Source: a virus
Taxonomy: Duplodnaviria > Heunggongvirae > Uroviricota > Caudoviricetes
Virus record (IMG/VR): IMGVR_UViG_3300044712_000123
DNA: 64,000 nucleotides
Reading direction: 5' to 3' (one strand)
The position numbers and the translations under genes were made by a program. The notes under the pieces are model-generated. The model was not told the DNA's origin and ran no database searches. It worked only from the letters and a program-made list of their open reading frames with translations. How positions within the stretch are numbered: the first letter of the stretch is position 1; each line of letters opens with the position of its first letter. Shown piece by piece: positions 63,970 to 64,000 of this stretch.

Positions 63970-64000
63970 TACTTTCCATGGTTCTTCAGGATTCCACTTG

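Noticed and set aside
1-64000. Prophage or integrative-element interpretation (integrase, att sites, repressor).
   Set aside because: No integrase, recombinase, CI-like repressor or flanking host genes were seen. Gene content (DNA polymerase, ligase, RNase H, DNA hypermodification, homing endonuclease) and promoter architecture indicate a virulent phage.

Overview
This window reads as part of a large virulent dsDNA phage genome, about 40% GC, with no integrase or other prophage hallmarks seen. Assignments below rest on reading protein motifs by eye; no database search was possible.

Layout:
- 1..6.7 kb (+ strand): small duplicated peptides, a ferritin-like diiron protein, three tandem SGNH-hydrolase paralogs with a translation initiation factor IF-1 gene inserted among them, an ErpA/IscA Fe-S carrier, and two Gly/Ser/Thr-rich tail-fibre-like proteins closed by a bidirectional terminator.
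- 6.7..37.6 kb (mostly - strand): a long early-type block of short genes, many preceded by a near-perfect sigma70 promoter (TTGACA, 17-nt spacer, TATAAT). Four copies of the promoter come from an almost identical 34-bp cassette. The block includes ClpP, ClpS, ClpX and ribosomal protein S21 (translationally coupled to clpX), the small heat-shock protein IbpA, a GIY-YIG homing endonuclease, DNA ligase, an SPFH protein, RNase H/FEN, a DGQHT ParB-like protein and the UV-damage endonuclease UvdE.
- 37.6..43.0 kb (+ strand): an island of proteins that share an N-terminal MRxxEF(I/L)xE or MRDL(I/L)xLLE motif. These look like T4-type capsid-targeting propeptides ending at an (L/I)-x-E prohead-protease site. 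The island includes a Fe/Mn-SOD-like protein and two GNAT-motif proteins.
- 43.0..58.1 kb (- strand): a 15-kb block that looks like a DNA-hypermodification supercluster.
  - 7-deazaguanine branch: a DpdA-like transglycosylase, FolE, QueD-like, QueE and a DadA-like FAD amine oxidase; no QueC was seen.
  - Sugar branch: two GT-B glycosyltransferases, two TagD/HldE-type nucleotidyltransferases (one fused to a cupin), an APS-kinase-like/nucleotidyltransferase fusion and an SDR epimerase.
  - GroES is embedded in the block.
- 58.1..64.0 kb (- strand): a 2OG-Fe(II) oxygenase, a T4-type family-B DNA polymerase and a further HExxH protein carrying the MRYKEFISE N-terminus.

A second candidate promoter motif, TGATAAATA (compare the T4 late promoter TATAAATA), sits 54-62 nt upstream of four start codons. 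The hypermodification cluster and the propeptide-tagged protein family are the strongest candidates for undescribed biology here.
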